Virus record (IMG/VR): IMGVR_UViG_3300032315_000979
Location: 44,688 to 108,687 of that record
Length of the DNA: 64,000 nt
Reading direction: 5' to 3' (one strand)
From: a virus
Shown here piece by piece: positions 28,066 to 36,870 of this stretch (position 1 is its first letter; each line of letters opens with the position of its first letter). The notes under the pieces are model-generated. The model was not told the origin of the DNA, did no database searches, and saw nothing but the letters and a program-made list of their open reading frames with translations. The translations under genes were made by a program, and so were the position numbers.

Positions 28066-29639
28066 TGCCTAGTGAGAATACAATATACTTCTACCCTGGT
28101 CGTGGTGGGCACTCTCATGATGGGAATAATTCAAGCTTTATTGACACTTCGGTATATTCCTTATTTGATTTTTCTTGGGGCGAAGTCGGTGATCCAGACA
28201 GACGGGCTTCTCAGAGAATAAACTATAACGCATTTAGAGACTTCGTTATAACTACTGTCAATGGATCAATACTAGAGCCATCTGGACTTGTTCTTCAGCC
28301 AGGAATGGTGAACGGATCTGCTCATATTATCTCAAGGTCAATTGAAGCTAATACTATTGCTGCAAATACATTAACTGCAAATGAGATTTCTGCAAATACA
28401 ATTACATCAAATGAACTGGCTGCAAACTTTGTTCTTGTTAATACAATAATTGCAAGTAGTGATTTTAATGGAGCATTTAATCCAACTACATTTGCACTAA
28501 GTAACACTGGGACAGATGGCTGGGCTATTACAAGTGCTGGTGATGCTGTATTTACTAATGGTCTTTTTAGAGGAAATCTTTTTGTTGGTGCTAACGATTA
28601 TTGGTATTCAAATGGAGATTTTGCTCTCGGTGGGAACACTGGTATTTATAGAAATGCGGGCGGGGGAATTACTCTTGGTGCTAATGTAACAATACTTGGT
28701 GGAGTGATAGCATCGTCTGTTGCAACTCCAGGTATTGATATTGATTCTGCTGGAAATCTAACTGCTAATACATTTGCTCTTTATGGAAATGGCGCAATTG
28801 TCACATCAAGTGGTAATTTTGCGGTTGATATATATGGGAATCTTTATGCTGAGAGTGCAACTCTGCGTGGAGAAATATCAAGCGATACATTTGTTACTCA
28901 TAATAGATTCGGTGTAGATGTAAACTATACAAGACCAACGGTTCTTATTGATAATGCAAATAATGAATTCTCTCTTAATTCCGCAGGAGGTGGTATAAGA
29001 CTAGAAGCTGATCAATGGCTTGCTTATAGAAGCGGAGATAGTTTTTATAGAATGAATTTTAATTTTGATACAGCAAATTACTCCTTGCTTGGTCAATTCT
29101 ATGTTGATGGTGGCATTACCGCTGCTGGAGAATTACAGGGCGATTATGTAAACATTACTGGAGATGGTGTATATTACAATGCAAGTAATCTAGCTTTTGC
29201 GCAAACGCAAGGTGTATTTCCAATTTCTTTTGCCTATAGGATTTCTGGTGGAAGATACTATCTTATAGCTAATAATGATACCAACACACTAGGAACAATA
29301 ACCTGGACACCTTCTGATAGAAGAATTAAAGAAAATATATCACCAGTATCTAGCGACATTTTAAATAAATTTTATTCAATTAATGTATATGAATTTAATT
29401 GGAATGATAAAGCCCCCTCATTTTTAGACAGAAATCTTGTTAATGTCGGTGTTATAGCCGATGAATTGGTAACTATTGTTCCAGATGCCGTAGATGATTT
29501 TGGTTCAGACGGGGATGAACCTAATAGATGGGCAACTGTTGAATATGAAAAAATAGTTCCTTATGCAATTGCAGCAATCCAGGATTTAAATAGCAAAATA
29601 CAGGCGTTAGAAGCAAGAATTGCTGAGTTGGAAGGGTAA
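28065..29639 (+). CDS. tail fibre/spike with C-terminal intramolecular chaperone (peptidase S74-like)
   Basis: SDRRIKENI...GVIADEL...YEKIVPYAIAAIQDL..KIQALE; ANTI pentapeptide repeats. Confidence 0.8.
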   Translation: MPSENTIYFYPGRGGHSHDGNNSSFIDTSVYSLFDFSWGEVGDPDRRASQRINYNAFRDFVITTVNGSILEPSGLVLQPGMVNGSAHIISRSIEANTIAANTLTANEISANTITSNELAANFVLVNTIIASSDFNGAFNPTTFALSNTGTDGWAITSAGDAVFTNGLFRGNLFVGANDYWYSNGDFALGGNTGIYRNAGGGITLGANVTILGGVIASSVATPGIDIDSAGNLTANTFALYGNGAIVTSSGNFAVDIYGNLYAESATLRGEISSDTFVTHNRFGVDVNYTRPTVLIDNANNEFSLNSAGGGIRLEADQWLAYRSGDSFYRMNFNFDTANYSLLGQFYVDGGITAAGELQGDYVNITGDGVYYNASNLAFAQTQGVFPISFAYRISGGRYYLIANNDTNTLGTITWTPSDRRIKENISPVSSDILNKFYSINVYEFNWNDKAPSFLDRNLVNVGVIADELVTIVPDAVDDFGSDGDEPNRWATVEYEKIVPYAIAAIQDLNSKIQALEARIAELEG

Positions 29640-29645
29640 ATAAGG

Positions 29646-29651
29646 TATAAT
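29646..29651 (+). promoter_or_regulatory. -10 promoter, leaderless transcript
   Basis: TATAAT, 6 nt, then ATG 29658. Confidence 0.65.
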
Positions 29652-29657
29652 AGATAA

Positions 29658-30326
29658 ATGGCTTACGAGAACTATTCACAAGTTTCATGGACTGATGGAA
29701 CCCCGATTACTGGAGACAGACTCCAGCAGGTGTCTACAAACATCCAGCAGGTCAAAGAGGCTACTGATGACAGCCCGCAGGGTATTAAGAAGATTAAAAC
29801 CATTACTAGCAATAGTAACTCTTTTAATAACTTCTCAACATCAAATTTAATTGTTTCATTGGAAAATGAATCTGGAACTGGCGGTCCAGACAATAGAGTT
29901 ACTATCTCAGCTAGTCGTTACTACAGAGTAACCATCTCATTCCCTGGTTTTGTTGTTGACGAAAAAGGAGCTGAGGATGCTAAGTATATTCTAAAGATTG
30001 CAAACGGAACTTTTGGAAGTGCAAATACAACTTTGTATAAAGCAATATTTACTCCACCAGTGTTTCTTTTTAGCAATGTTACAGCAGGTGCTAACTCTGC
30101 TACTGTTGCATTTAAGAATGCAGCATATGATACATTCTTTGGCGCTGGAACACATTCTGTTATTTTATCTAGCAATATTTCTGGGGCTAATTCTCAAACA
30201 TATTTTGCAACTGTTGAAAGAGAGCAGGGTGCTTCAGCAACCAACTCTCCAGCCTTCTATGTACCAGCAGCATCTGCAAGCCATGTGTTGCAATTGTATG
30301 TTGAAGACATTGGTGGGATTGCATAA
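29658..30326 (+). CDS. minor tail/fibre-associated protein
   Basis: N-terminal WTDGTPITGDRLQ motif; C-terminal LYVEDIG. Confidence 0.6.
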   Translation: MAYENYSQVSWTDGTPITGDRLQQVSTNIQQVKEATDDSPQGIKKIKTITSNSNSFNNFSTSNLIVSLENESGTGGPDNRVTISASRYYRVTISFPGFVVDEKGAEDAKYILKIANGTFGSANTTLYKAIFTPPVFLFSNVTAGANSATVAFKNAAYDTFFGAGTHSVILSSNISGANSQTYFATVEREQGASATNSPAFYVPAASASHVLQLYVEDIGGIA

Positions 30327-30761
30327 TTGAGAGAAGTTAAGCTTGCTTCTAAGAGAGAAGATATTGATTGGACAATCAAGTTTGCCTCTGGAGAAGATAG
30401 CCCTAACTTTAGCGGTGGTAAGTATATTGATGATAAAGGTTATGTTAGAGTTTTAAAACCAGATCATCCTAAAAATATTCGTGGATATACATATGAGCAT
30501 CGTCTTGTCATGGAGAAGTATCTAAACAGATACCTGCAGCCGTGGGAAACTGTTCATCATATTAATGAGGTTAAAGTAGATAATAGACTATCCAACTTGT
30601 TCCTCTGCACACCAGAAGAACATAGTGCGCTTCATAAGGAAGGAAACAAGATGTCTACTGAGCATAAAAAGAAGATGAGAGATAATGCTCATGCAACAAA
30701 ACCTCATACTAAAAAGAAAAACGCTACTAAATCAATTCAAATAAAAAAAAGACTCCCGTAG
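30327..30761 (+). CDS. HNH endonuclease (free-standing homing type)
   Basis: YEHRLVME...VHHINEVKVDNRLSNL. Confidence 0.85.
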   Translation: MREVKLASKREDIDWTIKFASGEDSPNFSGGKYIDDKGYVRVLKPDHPKNIRGYTYEHRLVMEKYLNRYLQPWETVHHINEVKVDNRLSNLFLCTPEEHSALHKEGNKMSTEHKKKMRDNAHATKPHTKKKNATKSIQIKKRLP

Positions 30762-30781
30762 CAACTTTCTGAATATCCTTA

Positions 30782-30790
30782 TGATATGAT
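30782..30790 (+). promoter_or_regulatory. extended -10 promoter at the start of the replication block
   Basis: TGATATGAT, then AAAGGAG RBS and ATG 30814. Confidence 0.55.
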
Positions 30791-30813
30791 TGACGAGAAC
30801 CAAAGGAGTCCTT

Positions 30814-31980
30814 ATGAAAGTTTGTGCAACAGAAGGTTGCGATATCCAATTTGAACCAAAAACAGCTAATGCTAAATATGGTGATAAATCGTGCAGAAAG
30901 ACCATTGATGTTAATGGTCTTTGCAAGTATAGACGGGAGAATGGGTTGTTTGAAACACTTCCTGATCCTGAGACTGGACAAGTTCCAGTTACAGAAAGTG
31001 AGTTAAGACTTTCTTATAATAAGCTCTTGTCAGAGTACAACAAGGTCAAGACAAAGAGTGATGATTTAGCGGGTGCTCTATATAGAGCTGTTAAAGAAGA
31101 TGTTGAGTCCGTTAAGTATGTGCCAGTGCCAAAGCCAAAGTTTGATAGAACAACAAAGGATGAGGAAGTTGCAGTAGCAATCATTGCTGACTGGCAGCTT
31201 GCCAAAATTACTCCAGACTACAACTCGCAGGTGTGTGAAGAAAGAATCTATAAGTTTGCTGAAAAGATTGTTCATCTCACTGAGATTCAAAGAAAAGATC
31301 ACCCTGTGAAAGAAATTAGAATTTGGGCTCTTGGTGACATCATTGAGGGAGAGCTAATTTTTCCAGGTCAGTCATTCTTGATTGATGGTGGTTTGTATAG
31401 ACAGATCACTGTTGATGGTCCAAGAATTATGAAAAACTTTATTAACATTCTTCTTGAGAACTTTGAGAAAGTAACATTCGTTGGCGTGATTGGTAATCAT
31501 GGTTCAATTGGTGGTCGGGCAAGAAGAGATCATGATCCTGAAACAAATGGTGACAGGATGCTTTATCGCATTACACAATTGATGTTTGAAAAGGAGAAGA
31601 GAATTGAGTTCAAGATTCCTGATGGTCGTGGTGAGCGACATTGGTATGCCGTTGACAAGATTGGTAATTACAAGAGTTTGCTATGTCATGGCGATCAGTT
31701 TGGCAGTCTATCTACTTTCTACTCTTTTCAGAAAAAAGCCTACGGATGGAAAATAGGTGCGGTTGAAGAAGCGTTTGATGATATCTATCTAGGACACTTC
31801 CATACTCCAACAAAGATGACATTCAATACTGTTCAGGTAAGAATTTCAGGAAGTCCTGAGTCTACAAATACATATGCTGCAGAAAGCCTTGCAGCTGTTG
31901 GTAGACCTTCACAGGCGCTGATGTTCGTACACCCAGGAAAGGGTATTGTAACAGCAGAATATAATTGCTGGCTGGACTAA
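30814..31980 (+). CDS. calcineurin-like metallophosphoesterase/nuclease with N-terminal Cys-rich finger
   Basis: ADWQ, LGDIIEG, GNHG, HGD and GHFH motifs; start moved to the RBS-supported ATG 30814. Confidence 0.85.
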   Translation: MKVCATEGCDIQFEPKTANAKYGDKSCRKTIDVNGLCKYRRENGLFETLPDPETGQVPVTESELRLSYNKLLSEYNKVKTKSDDLAGALYRAVKEDVESVKYVPVPKPKFDRTTKDEEVAVAIIADWQLAKITPDYNSQVCEERIYKFAEKIVHLTEIQRKDHPVKEIRIWALGDIIEGELIFPGQSFLIDGGLYRQITVDGPRIMKNFINILLENFEKVTFVGVIGNHGSIGGRARRDHDPETNGDRMLYRITQLMFEKEKRIEFKIPDGRGERHWYAVDKIGNYKSLLCHGDQFGSLSTFYSFQKKAYGWKIGAVEEAFDDIYLGHFHTPTKMTFNTVQVRISGSPESTNTYAAESLAAVGRPSQALMFVHPGKGIVTAEYNCWLD

Positions 31981-31981
31981 T

Positions 31982-32200
31982 ATGACAAAAGCAACTGGCA
32001 TCTATTGCAGAAATTGCACTGGAAGAATGTTTACTGGTCAGCAATACTATGCATTTCAAAAAAACTATATTGACCTTACATGTATTCGGTGCTCTGTATC
32101 TGTTGATGTTGAGGTCAAGAAGTTGAATAAGATTTTATCGTACCTTGGATTTAAGACAGTAGAGGCGAGACATGATCTCAAAGAAGCCAATAACAAATAA
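31982..32200 (+). CDS. Zn-ribbon protein
   Basis: CRNC...CIRC. Confidence 0.7.
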   Translation: MTKATGIYCRNCTGRMFTGQQYYAFQKNYIDLTCIRCSVSVDVEVKKLNKILSYLGFKTVEARHDLKEANNK

Positions 32201-32606
32201 ATTTTACAAGTACGCTGGTAATATTGTAAAGATTAAAAAAATTTCCAAAGGGAAAAATAAGATTTACATTGAACAGCTTGATAGTAAAAATATTATTGAT
32301 ATTCCATACGAGCAGTCTGAAATTTTAATTACTAGACTGTATACTGTTGGAGAAGTTGCTAAGATTGTTGAGCGTAGACCCGACACTCTTAGGAAATATG
32401 AAAGAAAAAACTTAATTCCATCAGCAAGTAAATTTGGAGATGAATACAGTGGATATTCAAGCTGGAGATACTATGATGAAAGCGAAGTATATGAAATGAT
32501 TGAATTTTTCAATCAAAGAACACAAGGTCGCCCCATTGTGCAATCAGGCAGTGGGGTTGGTAATGCAATAAAATTATTGGAACAAAAAGTTAAACTTCAT
32601 AAGTGA
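32172..32606 (+). CDS. MerR-type HTH DNA-binding protein
   Basis: YTVGEVAKIVERRPDTLRKYERKNLIP...WRYY. Confidence 0.8.
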   Translation: MISKKPITNKFYKYAGNIVKIKKISKGKNKIYIEQLDSKNIIDIPYEQSEILITRLYTVGEVAKIVERRPDTLRKYERKNLIPSASKFGDEYSGYSSWRYYDESEVYEMIEFFNQRTQGRPIVQSGSGVGNAIKLLEQKVKLHK

Positions 32607-32613
32607 GGAATAT

Positions 32614-32826
32614 ATGACAACATCAAAAGAAAAGACAACAGAAATTTGGGCTTCATTAGGAATTACCAAGAATCTTGGTAACTATGAGTCACTTAGGCTA
32701 GATGCTGGCGCAAGAGTTCAGGCATCTGATGCAGATGACCCTGAGGCATGGGCAAAAGTTTGGGCATCAATTGATTCTCAGATTGAAGCTAAGTTGCAAG
32801 AGCTAGACAATGAAAGTCCAAAGTGA
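32614..32826 (+). CDS. conserved phage hypothetical protein
   Basis: TKNLGNYESLRLD motif familiar from phage replication blocks; RBS present. Confidence 0.7.
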   Translation: MTTSKEKTTEIWASLGITKNLGNYESLRLDAGARVQASDADDPEAWAKVWASIDSQIEAKLQELDNESPK

Positions 32827-33109
32827 TTGGATAGAGCAAGCTGTATGTGCAAAAGATAAACGATCAATTGCTTGGCTATCCTATGACATTAAAGACATAG
32901 AATACGCCAAGCAAGGTTGTTCTTTATGCAAAGTCAGAAAAGAATGCTTTGTAAATGCATGGCAGAATAATCCGTATGTCGGTGTAAATGCTGGTATATC
33001 AGAGTATGATTTCCTAATTCTTACATGGAAGGAGGCGAATAAGCCTAATGGAAGCAACTGGTCAAGAACTAATAAACTTCTTCAAGGAATCTTGCAAAAA
33101 ATCAAATAA
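32810..33109 (+). CDS. whiB: divergent WhiB-family Fe-S transcription factor
   Basis: W..QAVC...AKQGCSLCKVRKEC...GVNAG (variant of GVWGG). Confidence 0.7.
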   Translation: MKVQSDWIEQAVCAKDKRSIAWLSYDIKDIEYAKQGCSLCKVRKECFVNAWQNNPYVGVNAGISEYDFLILTWKEANKPNGSNWSRTNKLLQGILQKIK

Positions 33110-33353
33110 GCTATTCATTCCAGATTCTCCAAGACAAGAATCTGTTGCGGATGCAATTGCTGATTTTTATAAAAGACAGGAGTTGTTTGATGCGATACAA
33201 TTGTTCGTCAAGTCAAATAGCGGACCTTTTTTGATATTTGATTTTGCTGTTGAGTCAAGATCATATGTTGATCGGGTTAAATTTGAGAACAAGTCAACTG
33301 ATAAGTTTAAAAACATCGTAGAAGAAACAAGGAAGAGAATGGTCTCTGAATGA
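33048..33353 (+). CDS. hypothetical protein upstream of the helicase (possible loader/partner)
   Basis: 101 aa, ATGA-coupled to the helicase; GGAGG RBS. Confidence 0.6.
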   Translation: MEATGQELINFFKESCKKSNKLFIPDSPRQESVADAIADFYKRQELFDAIQLFVKSNSGPFLIFDFAVESRSYVDRVKFENKSTDKFKNIVEETRKRMVSE

Positions 33354-34567
33354 ATTACGAAACAAGATTGCTCAACTCAATTGTTGAAAGCAATGGGTAT
33401 GTAGAAGCTGTTAACCAAGGTGTAGAAAATGTCTTTGTAGAGAATAGAGATATTTGGAACTTCATTGTTTCTCACTATGACGAGCATAAGAAAGTTCCAT
33501 CAAAGGATACGATTAAGCATCACTACGCTGATTTTGATTTTGTACTCACTCCAGAGCCTCTTAAATACTATGTTGATGAAGCAAGGCGGGAATCGCTTTC
33601 GTATCAGACTAGATCAATTGTTTCTAAAGCTCATGCAATTCTTGGGGATCTTGGTCCAAAGGAATCACTTTCATACTTGATGGAGGAGACTTCAAGGCTT
33701 TACAAGTTCTCCAGTAGCCTTAAAGATACTGACTTGGCTGGTGAGTGGAGAGATAGAGCGCAGAGTCTAAAGGAAAGGTCGTTGCGAGATAACAACGAGC
33801 TTCAAGGAGTACCTAGCGGTATCAATGTTATTGATAAGACATTCGGCGGTTGGCAACCAGGAGACTTCGTTGTTTTGCTTGGTTGGACTGGTGTTGGTAA
33901 ATCATTCATTGCACGATTGTTTGCGGTAAATGCATGGAGAGCTGGCTACAGACCTCTCATTATTTCTCTTGAAATGAACAAGATGCAAGAGGGTCAGCGA
34001 CTTGATACTTTACTTAACAATGGAGAGGGTAACTTTACTAATACAGACCTTGTAAGGGCAAACCCTGCCGTTGTAGATAAGTATGAGAAGTGGGCAGAGG
34101 AAATGTTTGAGGGTAAGCATGCAATCCATCTTGTAACATCAGAAGGTCTTGAGACAGCAGATCAGAACATGGTGCAGGCAAAGATTGATCAATACCATCC
34201 CGATCTAGTTATTCTTGATTACCACGGTCTGTTTGATGACTCCAGTGGTGCTAAAACAGAAACTGAAAAGGCTAAGAACCTTTCTAAAGCTTTTAAGCGA
34301 ATGGCGGTCAAGAACAATGTTCCGATCATAGATGTTGCTGCAGTAACCATGTCAGAGGGTCACTCAGAGCGACCACCAGAGCTTGAGGAAGTCGCATGGA
34401 GTAAGCAGTTAGCTTATGATGCCGACCTCGTTCTTGCAATTCACAGAGAACCATCGTCAGATGTGTTTCAAGTTGTTTCACGAAAGGTTAGAAGAGCACA
34501 TCACTTTGGCTTCTACCTTAGATGGAATCTAGAGACTGGTAAGTGGGCAGAAGAATGGGACATCTAA
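33350..34567 (+). CDS. dnaB: DnaB-like replicative helicase
   Basis: Walker A GWTGVGKS, ISLEM, VILDY, YDADLVL. Confidence 0.9.
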   Translation: MNYETRLLNSIVESNGYVEAVNQGVENVFVENRDIWNFIVSHYDEHKKVPSKDTIKHHYADFDFVLTPEPLKYYVDEARRESLSYQTRSIVSKAHAILGDLGPKESLSYLMEETSRLYKFSSSLKDTDLAGEWRDRAQSLKERSLRDNNELQGVPSGINVIDKTFGGWQPGDFVVLLGWTGVGKSFIARLFAVNAWRAGYRPLIISLEMNKMQEGQRLDTLLNNGEGNFTNTDLVRANPAVVDKYEKWAEEMFEGKHAIHLVTSEGLETADQNMVQAKIDQYHPDLVILDYHGLFDDSSGAKTETEKAKNLSKAFKRMAVKNNVPIIDVAAVTMSEGHSERPPELEEVAWSKQLAYDADLVLAIHREPSSDVFQVVSRKVRRAHHFGFYLRWNLETGKWAEEWDI

Positions 34568-34755
34568 TGCAGGAGGGAATGTTGGTTGGAACAGCTAAGG
34601 ATATAGAAACAATTGCTAAACTCAGACCCTGGATGGAAGACGAAGCGAGGGAAAAATATGGTTACAAGGGCAAGTCAAGACTTGTTACGGAATATCATGA
34701 GAAATCCGAAATATTCTCATTCGCAATCATTTTTGACGATGAATCTAGAGATTGA
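34567..34755 (+). CDS. small hypothetical protein
   Basis: TAATG-coupled to the helicase stop; 62 aa from ATG 34567. Confidence 0.6.
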   Translation: MQEGMLVGTAKDIETIAKLRPWMEDEAREKYGYKGKSRLVTEYHEKSEIFSFAIIFDDESRD

Positions 34756-35638
34756 AGTAAAGGAACTTTTCAGTAAGTATGGAATTCAAATCCATGCTGA
34801 GTCTGGTAATGAAGTTACTATCTATTGCCCGTTCCATAAGAACAGGAACACGCCATCTTTCTATCTGAATAAAAAAACTGGGCTATGGCAGTGTTTCAAT
34901 CCATCTTGTGGAGAAAAGGGTAATTTTAAGAAGCTGTATCGTCAGATAACTGGTAAGTCATATGGTCGGCAAACTGTATTAGACCCAACCGCTTTGAAGA
35001 ACGAGTTAGATCGTGCGCTCAGACCACCAGTTGCAGAGCAAGAGCTTAGTCTTGATAATGTAATCATTGACTACGAAGATGGTAGCAAAACATCAAAACT
35101 GACTCCGTTTATTGAAAGGGGTCTGTCATTAGATACTCTTGAGCATTTTGAGATTGGGTTTTCTGAAAACAAGAATCGTATTGTAGTGCCAGTCCGTAAC
35201 CCTCAATATAAGCTAGTTGGGTTGATTGGTCGTGCAATAGAGTCAGAGCAGGAACCCCGATATCTGTATAACACTGGCTTTAAGAGAGCCCTTGTTCTGT
35301 TCAATATTCAGAATGCGAAGCATCACCCTGATGTTATAATAGTAGAAGGGAGTGTTGATGCGATGAAAGTCCACGAAGCTGGATTTCCAAATGTCGTAGC
35401 AACACTCGGAGCGCAGGTGTCCGCACAGCAAGTATCTATGTTAAAGAAATACTTTGACAAAATTATTATCTTTTCTGATAACGATGAAGCTGGTAATGCG
35501 ATGCGAGATGCTATAATTAATTCTTGCTGTGGTAAAGAACTGTACACAGCGAGCATTTCTGATGGGTTGAAAGATCCAGGGGAAATGTCAGTAAAACAAA
35601 TACAAGACAGTATCAATAACAAACAAATAATCATATAG
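34739..35638 (+). CDS. dnaG: DNA primase (CHC2 Zn finger plus TOPRIM)
   Basis: CPFH..TPSF..WQCF..C; IIVEGSVD; SDNDEAG; KDPGE. Likely start ATG 34739. Confidence 0.9.
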   Translation: MNLEIEVKELFSKYGIQIHAESGNEVTIYCPFHKNRNTPSFYLNKKTGLWQCFNPSCGEKGNFKKLYRQITGKSYGRQTVLDPTALKNELDRALRPPVAEQELSLDNVIIDYEDGSKTSKLTPFIERGLSLDTLEHFEIGFSENKNRIVVPVRNPQYKLVGLIGRAIESEQEPRYLYNTGFKRALVLFNIQNAKHHPDVIIVEGSVDAMKVHEAGFPNVVATLGAQVSAQQVSMLKKYFDKIIIFSDNDEAGNAMRDAIINSCCGKELYTASISDGLKDPGEMSVKQIQDSINNKQIII

Positions 35639-35646
35639 GAGACATT

Positions 35647-36294
35647 ATGTCATTTACATCACTTAAAACACTAAAAGACCTTGAGAAAGCCGTTGTGCCA
35701 ACTCAAGGCACAGCAAAGGGAGTAAAGAAATACTTTACTCTTCAATCAGGCGATTCGTTCAAGATTCGCTTTAGACAGGAACTCACAGAAGACGCTAAGT
35801 TTTTTGATGAGGAAATCGGAACTGGTATTTCAGTCCCAGTAGTTACATCACCAATCAACTGGAAGTGGAGAGTTGCATCTACCGCTTCGTTTGAGAAGTT
35901 TAACTATCGCTGTTGGGCTACTGAGCAGTCAGTATCTGATAAGGCTTGGAGACCTAAGCCGCACCTGTTGATTAACATCGCAGTTGAAGTTGAGCCAGGA
36001 GTTTGGGAACCACGAATTCTTGACACTACATTCAACCAGCGCCATGTTGGTCTTACTTTGATTGAGTATGCTAAGGAGTTTGGAACAATTACAGACCGTG
36101 AGTACAAGTATTCACGAACTGGATCTTCAGCTTCTGATACTAACTATAGCCTTATCCCTTTGAATGTTTCTGAAGCAACAAAGGTAATCAAGGATTTGCC
36201 AATGCATGATTTGGAAAGTGTTTACATGACTCTTCCATATGAAAAGCAACAGATTTTCTTGACAACTGGTGAGCTAAATAAAGATAGTTGGTGA
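35647..36294 (+). CDS. single-stranded DNA-binding protein (gp32-like)
   Basis: FTLQSGDSFKIRFRQEL...YSRTGSSASDTNYSLIPL; follows primase; followed by strong hairpin. Confidence 0.65.
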   Translation: MSFTSLKTLKDLEKAVVPTQGTAKGVKKYFTLQSGDSFKIRFRQELTEDAKFFDEEIGTGISVPVVTSPINWKWRVASTASFEKFNYRCWATEQSVSDKAWRPKPHLLINIAVEVEPGVWEPRILDTTFNQRHVGLTLIEYAKEFGTITDREYKYSRTGSSASDTNYSLIPLNVSEATKVIKDLPMHDLESVYMTLPYEKQQIFLTTGELNKDSW

Positions 36295-36306
36295 TTGTTA
36301 TTCATT

Positions 36307-36331
36307 GGGGAGGGGGAAACCCCTCCCCTTT
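36307..36331 (+). terminator. GC-rich hairpin / intrinsic terminator
   Basis: GGGGAGGGG-GAAA-CCCCTCCCC then TTT; perfect 9-bp stem with GNRA loop. Confidence 0.8.
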
Positions 36332-36345
36332 AACAAAGGATTTTT

Positions 36346-36870
36346 GTGAAGCGTAAGTCAATTGTTCTTGACCTTGATGGCGTAATTGCCGATATTGATA
36401 CTGCAATATCTAATTACCTTCATTACAATTTTGGTGTAAATGAAGACTACAGTAGCTGGTTAATTTCTGATACAAAAGATAAAGAAGCGTTAAAGCTATT
36501 TTCTGATGAATTGTTTTGGAAGAATCTTATTCCGTTTGAGGATGCTTGGTATCAAATTAATAAATGGTTTTCGGATGATATTGATGTCCACATTGTAACA
36601 GCAAGAAGAAGAGAGGCTTCTGTGAGAATGACAGAGCCCTGGCTTGATGCATGGAGAATTAATACTCTCAGACCTAAGTTTGCGAAAATAAATAAAAAAT
36701 ATGAAATTGTTTCTGAGATTCAACCAATTTTTATGGTTGAAGATAATCCTCATGAAGTTATTTCTTTAAGAAATCACGGTATAAACTGCTATCTCCGAAA
36801 AGCATGGTACAATAAACCTTTCTGGAATGATTTACCTTGTATTGAAAACCTTTACGAATTGGAGATTTAA
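36346..36870 (+). CDS. HAD-family 5'(3')-deoxyribonucleotidase-like protein
   Basis: LDLDGVIAD, IVTAR, MVEDN, WYN. Confidence 0.8.
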   Translation: MKRKSIVLDLDGVIADIDTAISNYLHYNFGVNEDYSSWLISDTKDKEALKLFSDELFWKNLIPFEDAWYQINKWFSDDIDVHIVTARRREASVRMTEPWLDAWRINTLRPKFAKINKKYEIVSEIQPIFMVEDNPHEVISLRNHGINCYLRKAWYNKPFWNDLPCIENLYELEI

